A program made the translations under genes and the position numbers. A stretch of 50,977 nt of DNA. It comes from Klebsormidium nitens (Eukaryota; Plantae; Klebsormidiophyceae). The stretch is taken from assembly GCA_000708835.1 (NCBI GenBank), contig DF236971.1:317506-368482 (forward strand), written 5' to 3'. Positions 45,678 through 50,977 of the stretch are shown here, one piece after another. The notes beneath the pieces were generated by a model. That model had not been told where the DNA came from. It was given only the letters and a program-made list of their open reading frames with translations, and made no database searches. The number at the start of each line of letters is the position of its first letter. Position 1 is the stretch's first letter.

Positions 45678-48600
45678 TCACGGCCAGAAGTGTGTTCGCA
45701 ACCCTGCTTGTCGAAGCTGGTTCACTAACGAGAGCGCGTCCTCCAGCTTTTTCGGATAAAATTGGTCCCATCCGCAGGCTCTCATGATAGGATCTCCGTA
45801 ATGTGTCTCCACAAACAGCTCGTCTATCAACCGAAGCACCGCCGGGGCTTCCAAAAGCGCGGGCAACACTTCCCACTGCAAGGGGAGCGGACACACGATC
45901 TCAGAAACGAACCAATTGGCTGTCAGGAGACAAGCAACGGCTCCAGCCAAAATCAGACTCAGCGGTCTTTCGATTCTCCTTCCATATGCAAAACAACAAG
46001 TCAGTCAGTCGAAACCAATCACGACAACTTCACAGTGAAAAATGGGTCGACTGCTTTAAGGGAACGCCCGGTTATTGCGCCGAGAAAACGCCAAGCGAAT
46101 AGCCTACCTCGCCTCCTTCGATGTCCATCTTGACAATCAGCGTGTCCTCCTCCCGCATCTGCAGCTTCCGGTTGATAATACTTCGAAATCGATATTCAAA
46201 ACCCCGTCAAAAATACGTCGGTCTGGTAACTTACTTCGCCTCCTTCGATGTCCATCTTGACAATCAGCGTGTCCTCCTCCCGTATCCGCAGCTCCCCGGT
46301 AATGAATCTCAGGATGTCGACGCCCGGGACTCCCAGGCTCGTGTTGGCCTCGTCGCTCACGCCGACCATCATCTCGTACTGCGTCACGACCGGCGGGTGC
46401 GGGAGCGCCCCGATGACGTCATACGGCGGCTCGAAGAGGTCAGGCACGACCTCAAAGGCGTGGATCTGTGGAGAGGACGTACTCTGTTGCAGATCCAGTG
46501 TGAATACTTTGGGTTTTACTTCTGGGGCTCGCTTGCGGGCTCTTACAGCCATTGTGAAGGCCTCTTGCAGATCTCCTGGGTTGCTCAATTCAGGCGTTGA
46601 ATTGTATGCTAAGAGCCGGGTTTGTCAGAGTATCGAGCAATGACAGAAGCGCGTTCCACTGCGTTTCAGGTCCATAACCGTCAAACACTGGTCTGAAAAG
46701 CACTTTTGACACATGTGTTGCAAGCATCTGTTGGAGAGCAGGATTGAATTAGTGCTACGCCGAATATTATGGCAGCGAACGGACAGGTTTGGCTTCTCTC
46801 CGGCGACATCTTCAGGCCTCTCTTCGCACGTTCGTCGGCAAGATAACAGCCCGACTTGCAACTTGACGGTTCTGTCAGACAGAAAACTGCGGATGCAGTG
46901 ATGGAAAGCACGACTTTGCGGGAAGAGTGTACCTTTGCGAAGCAGCGATACCAGCAAGTCGAACAAGGCCGCAAAGGTGCCCCATCCTGAGCCCGCTACG
47001 TCTCACATGTCCAGAATTCGTCTTGAGAGGGTTGGGAGGAATCAGGCCTCTGGCTCTGCGGCTCACATTGAACCCTCTGATTTTTACTTTGCAAAGCCCC
47101 ATGTGTACAGAGCATGGTTCGAGCAGAGACAAAAGCACCAGACGGGACAGTCTGTCGCACGTGGATAACCGCTGCGGTGAGATGACATGACCAGTCTAGC
47201 AGAGTCTCCGTTCCGTCTGTTTTTCAACGGAAATCCGTTTGTCTTCGCATGGGCCTTTCAGGGGCCGAGCATCTGCTGACGTGGCTCTCACCTCTACACG
47301 GCAGTTGTGACCTCACACAGGAGTTTCTCGTCGATACCCAAAAAATGGACACCGCGCTTTATGCAGTCCGCACGGCAACACCCGTAGCTTAGTTTAGCCG
47401 CAACTACAAGCCCACTTTTTACTCCAAGCATCTTCTGCTGACGTGGCGCTCACCTCATCAAAGTCCACCGGGTAGTTCCGCATGAACCATCCGGTGCTCG
47501 AATTAAACGCGGCGGCCCCCAAGTCCAAAAAGACGCGCCTGGGGGAAAGCACCGGTCAGTCTGACGGCTTTTCTGTACGCACAAGAGCTTAACGACGAGT
47601 TCCAGACTTGAGACTTTGACGAGGAGACAGGTTTGGGTATACATGCTTGTAGGACTATACCAAGTCTCTACTTACATAGTTGGCAAAGCATATGCACCCC
47701 CGTCGTGGTGGATCACTTCTAATCTAGCGTGCGCATATGTTCCGGGATAGGTACTTTGAAGAACCCTCGGTCCTCCAGTCAGCCGAGCAGAATACAACAC
47801 AGAAGCCTATTTCCAACGGTTTGAGTTAAGTAGAAAGGCTGAGGAGTCAATCACGCGAGGGCGGCAGGTTGATCTCAAGTATTTGAGACTGTGACAAAGT
47901 TCCAAGTATTTCATGACTCTGACAGGGTTGCACGGAGACCAACCAAGTGACCCGCTGGCGCAATCGAGTCTCAGGACTTTCGGACACTTCTGCTCTCCTT
48001 AAAAGGCCGTCGCTCGACGACCCTCCTGCAAGATCGTTCGGGCTGTGGCCATCTCTATGATCGAGTCTATCGTAATGGATGCGACCATAAAAGCAGACCC
48101 TTCTCTTGAGTCCGGGGTTCGGATCAACCTTTATAGCTTGAAGTTGCCAATCGGATACTTAAATCCCTGCCACAGAGGACTGTGAGGGCTGACTTCCTCA
48201 CCTGCTAGCAGAATTGAGGTCGACTTGGTTGCCGAGCAGCCAGGGTATAAGATAGCTTGGATCTTCACAGTCTGCACAGGATAGATGATTACCAGGTCAG
48301 TATCCAGAAAGGCATCCGGGAACAGCCGCTCGTAGAAGGACCGAGGAACAGCTGCCACCTGGCAGGGGCAGCCGGGGGATCCCCCCGCATTCTGGTCGCT
48401 TGCTGACGGTGTAAATGTGCCCGATGAGAGTGGCCCAGTCATTGTCTGGCAGGTCGAAAAGAAGGCTACCACCATCTGTGGGTCAAAATGACTGTCAAAT
48501 GCCTGGACTAGGTTCTACAACCACGTTAGATTAGTATGCACAGACTAGCATCTGGGACGTGCATTTGGAGCGTAAAGCTAGCCTAATCACAGCCAATGGG

Positions 48601-50601
48601 GCACTCTTTTCGAGATGGTCCAGGCAACTTTTGAATAACAGAAGTTTCTTCCGTCCACAAATTGCACGAACCTGGCTTCCCCACCGTGCTGTAGCAGCCG
48701 ACGCACAGGAGGTTCTAGGTCTTATAGATTCCGTGGTCGGATTGAGTATGATAATCTAATAATTGAAGTCATAAAAGAGCCCCGTAAGTGAAAAGCAACG
48801 TTCTGAGGATGCGTTTCAACCAGGAAGCAACCGGAGGAGGTCAAAACCGGGTTGCGACGGGGCTTGAGGCCTCTCAGCTCTCATCCGAAGTGCGCTCGTC
48901 AGCCTCCCCAGAGATGCTGTTTCCTAAGGTGCAGTGGACTCACATCTATCAAGGGTAGGTAACACTTTTCGCGCTCAACATGGCAGGTGCATTCCCATGA
49001 GGTAGTTTTGTATCTTCTCGTCAAGTAGTTCTGTATCTTCTTGTAAGATGGTTCTGCATTTTCTCATAGGCAATTCCGATCTTTTTAAAATCTACCGTAA
49101 CGTTCGAAGGGACTGTATGGCTGTCAAATAAGTCTGTCGGTCGGCCAACCAATTCAAAGCCAAAACTCGTTTCCTGCGGCCTACTAAAGAGAGATAAAAA
49201 TAAAGCACCCTCACAAGATAAAAGACTGAGGGCTCACCATCTGTTTGCCCGTGTGCGTATCCTGGCCGAAACTGAAGCCTGTAACGTGACAAGGCCTGGC
49301 GTTAAAGTGCAGTTTGGGGTGATAATAGAAGGTTATAAACAAGTTATATCAACACAAGCAGCTCGTCTAGGAGCATGTTAGAAGGTGCGGAACAAAATCC
49401 TGATATTTGCAAGTAAATCGCAATGAAAACGTCTCTTGTCTAAAGAAACTATATTGGCGCTGAGGACCCTGTATTCAGAAAGCATGAAAATGTACGTTTG
49501 CAATGCCTCCAGTTGCAGTCGTAAAGGTTTTGCACTCTGGCTGAAAGCTCACAATCCTAGCATTGGAAAACAACCAAAACGTGAGCTTTTCAGGCTCAAA
49601 CAACAACTCCTGGTGTGTTAAATTCTTTTGTTGTTATGTTCTAGTTACCGGAATGGTGACCTTGAGCCACACTTGCTTTTCAGAGGGGCAGTCAAGTTCC
49701 CCAAGCATGCCAATCGATTGCCAACGATCGCAGCGGACACTCTTTTCTTCTTCCATGCGAAAAAAACTACTACCAGGAACAAACATTGGGTGAGGAACGA
49801 CAAATATGAATGCTGAAGAATTCGGGGATATTTCCTCTGGTATACAATCAGAAAAGCAAGCGCTTTACAGGGAGTGCTGTGGGTTTGCTTTGCTCGTTAA
49901 CTTTTTGTCACGATCATCGAGTAACATTCTTGTGTTAGTACCAATCATTGGCATTCGTTGGTTTCTGCACACCACTAGATATCGAATGAAGCGCCACCGA
50001 CCAGTGGTCAACCATACGTACAAGAGGCATTCTTAAGACATCTGTGTTGCGAATCTGCATGAGTAAGGGCAGAACTCACCACCCTTGAACGCAATTTCAA
50101 ACTTCAGTCTGGCCCTGTGCCAAAGCATAAAACAATCAAGGAGGAATGGAGTGGAACCAAAAGAAAGACGTAAGGAGTGGAAGATGCGAAATGCAAACAA
50201 GGAGACACATCAGAAATACACGTTGCGATCAATAGAGAAACTCACTCGGGATGGAGCACCCCCACGAGCAGCCCCTGTATCCGCTCCCCCGCCGGCATCG
50301 CAATCCGCTTTGCATACTCCCCATAAGCGCTGATCTTTTGCCCGTCCCGCCGTATGCAATCACGAACTTCCCCGCACTTCTCTCGGCAGGGGGGGCACGG
50401 CTGGGGCGTGCACTCCCCCCCGTTTTGGAGCCGCAGGCCCAGCATCTCCGCAGACTTGCTGGAGGGCAACGGAGAGCTGGTGTTCTTCATCCACGCTCCC
50501 GAGGACTGTGAAACACGCCCCAAAAGGATGCCAAGAACTAGACTGAGGAAGGAAAAGAAGATCACCCTGGTGTTTGGGGAAGCCAGGCTGAACCGGGCCA
50601 T
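45678..50601 (-). CDS. FkbM/Methyltransf_21-type SAM-dependent methyltransferase with N-terminal TM anchor (type II membrane, likely secretory pathway), 289 aa
   Basis: TM segment VIFFSFLSLVLGILLG; RVFLDLGAAAFNSSTGWF; IHAFEVVP; VKMDIEGGEWEVLP; IDELFVETHY; LRQAGLRTHFWP. Exons 50601-50246, 47538-47454, 46465-46235, 45875-45678 (870 nt). Confidence 0.8.
46090..46300 (-). repeat. Tandem duplicate (127-bp period) of FkbM exon-3 3' end plus donor
   Basis: A 47-bp stretch is identical at 46109-46155 and 46236-46282; donors GTAGGC (46107) and GTAAGT (46234). Confidence 0.9.
48300..48496 (-). pseudogene. Third SABATH fragment (end of exon 1 only) with compensating -1/+1 frameshifts, inside FkbM intron 1
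   Basis: DSHFDPQMVVAFFS... and CQVAAVPRSFYERLFPDAFLD. The DNA aligns to 21066-21260 with a 1-nt deletion before GACCTG and a 1-nt insertion in a C run. Confidence 0.85.
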
Positions 50602-50977
50602 TGCGGCCGGTCTCTGAGTAGGTGTTTCGTTGCCCCGGCTCATTGCTCAGGTAGCTGCATGGCAAAGCATGAAACTTGAAAGAATGAAAAGTATGGATTC
50701 GCTGACGCAGGAAGCATTCAGAAAAAGAGCATCAAAGCCTGTTAGGCCGCCGCAGGGCGCAAGAAGGCCCGCTTCCATGCAGCTAGCAAACCCTTCCTTT
50801 GGTACCTGGCGCTACCCCCCTCGGTTTGTCTGATATTCGCGTAGTCTAGGCGAGACAAAACCTATGGTAGAGAGGTACCATAGGTCCTAGGGACGAAGTG
50901 CCTGACTACAGCGATCACACATGAAAGCGGACTTCTCCGGCCGGTGACAAATTTCGACGGCTGTTTGGCCGGCTACA

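Overview
Eukaryotic, intron-rich DNA with GC-rich exons and GT-AG introns. The gene content is green-plant-like; a charophyte alga such as Klebsormidium is plausible, but that is inference. I reconstructed eight spliced genes by hand, and in seven of them the exon phases and total length are consistent. In order: a ~2,250-aa low-complexity protein with a doubled S-[ML]-A-W motif (- strand, 12362 to ~525); an NmrA-like atypical SDR; two head-to-head SABATH methyltransferases (the + strand copy has a frameshift and a G>R change in the SAM motif); an AIG2-like/GGCT-fold protein; SF3A2; a secreted LRR + AGP-like putative GPI-anchored protein; and a type II membrane FkbM/Methyltransf_21 methyltransferase. 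Also present are a third SABATH fragment inside the FkbM intron, a TTAA-flanked Kolobok-like non-autonomous element, a ~440-bp dispersed repeat (two copies 42 kb apart), a foldback element and a decayed tRNA-like sequence. The most striking pattern is recurrent short tandem duplication (31-162 bp period) straddling splice junctions. About nine cases in five genes create decoy or alternative donors and acceptors, including a triplicated donor in the splicing factor SF3A2.
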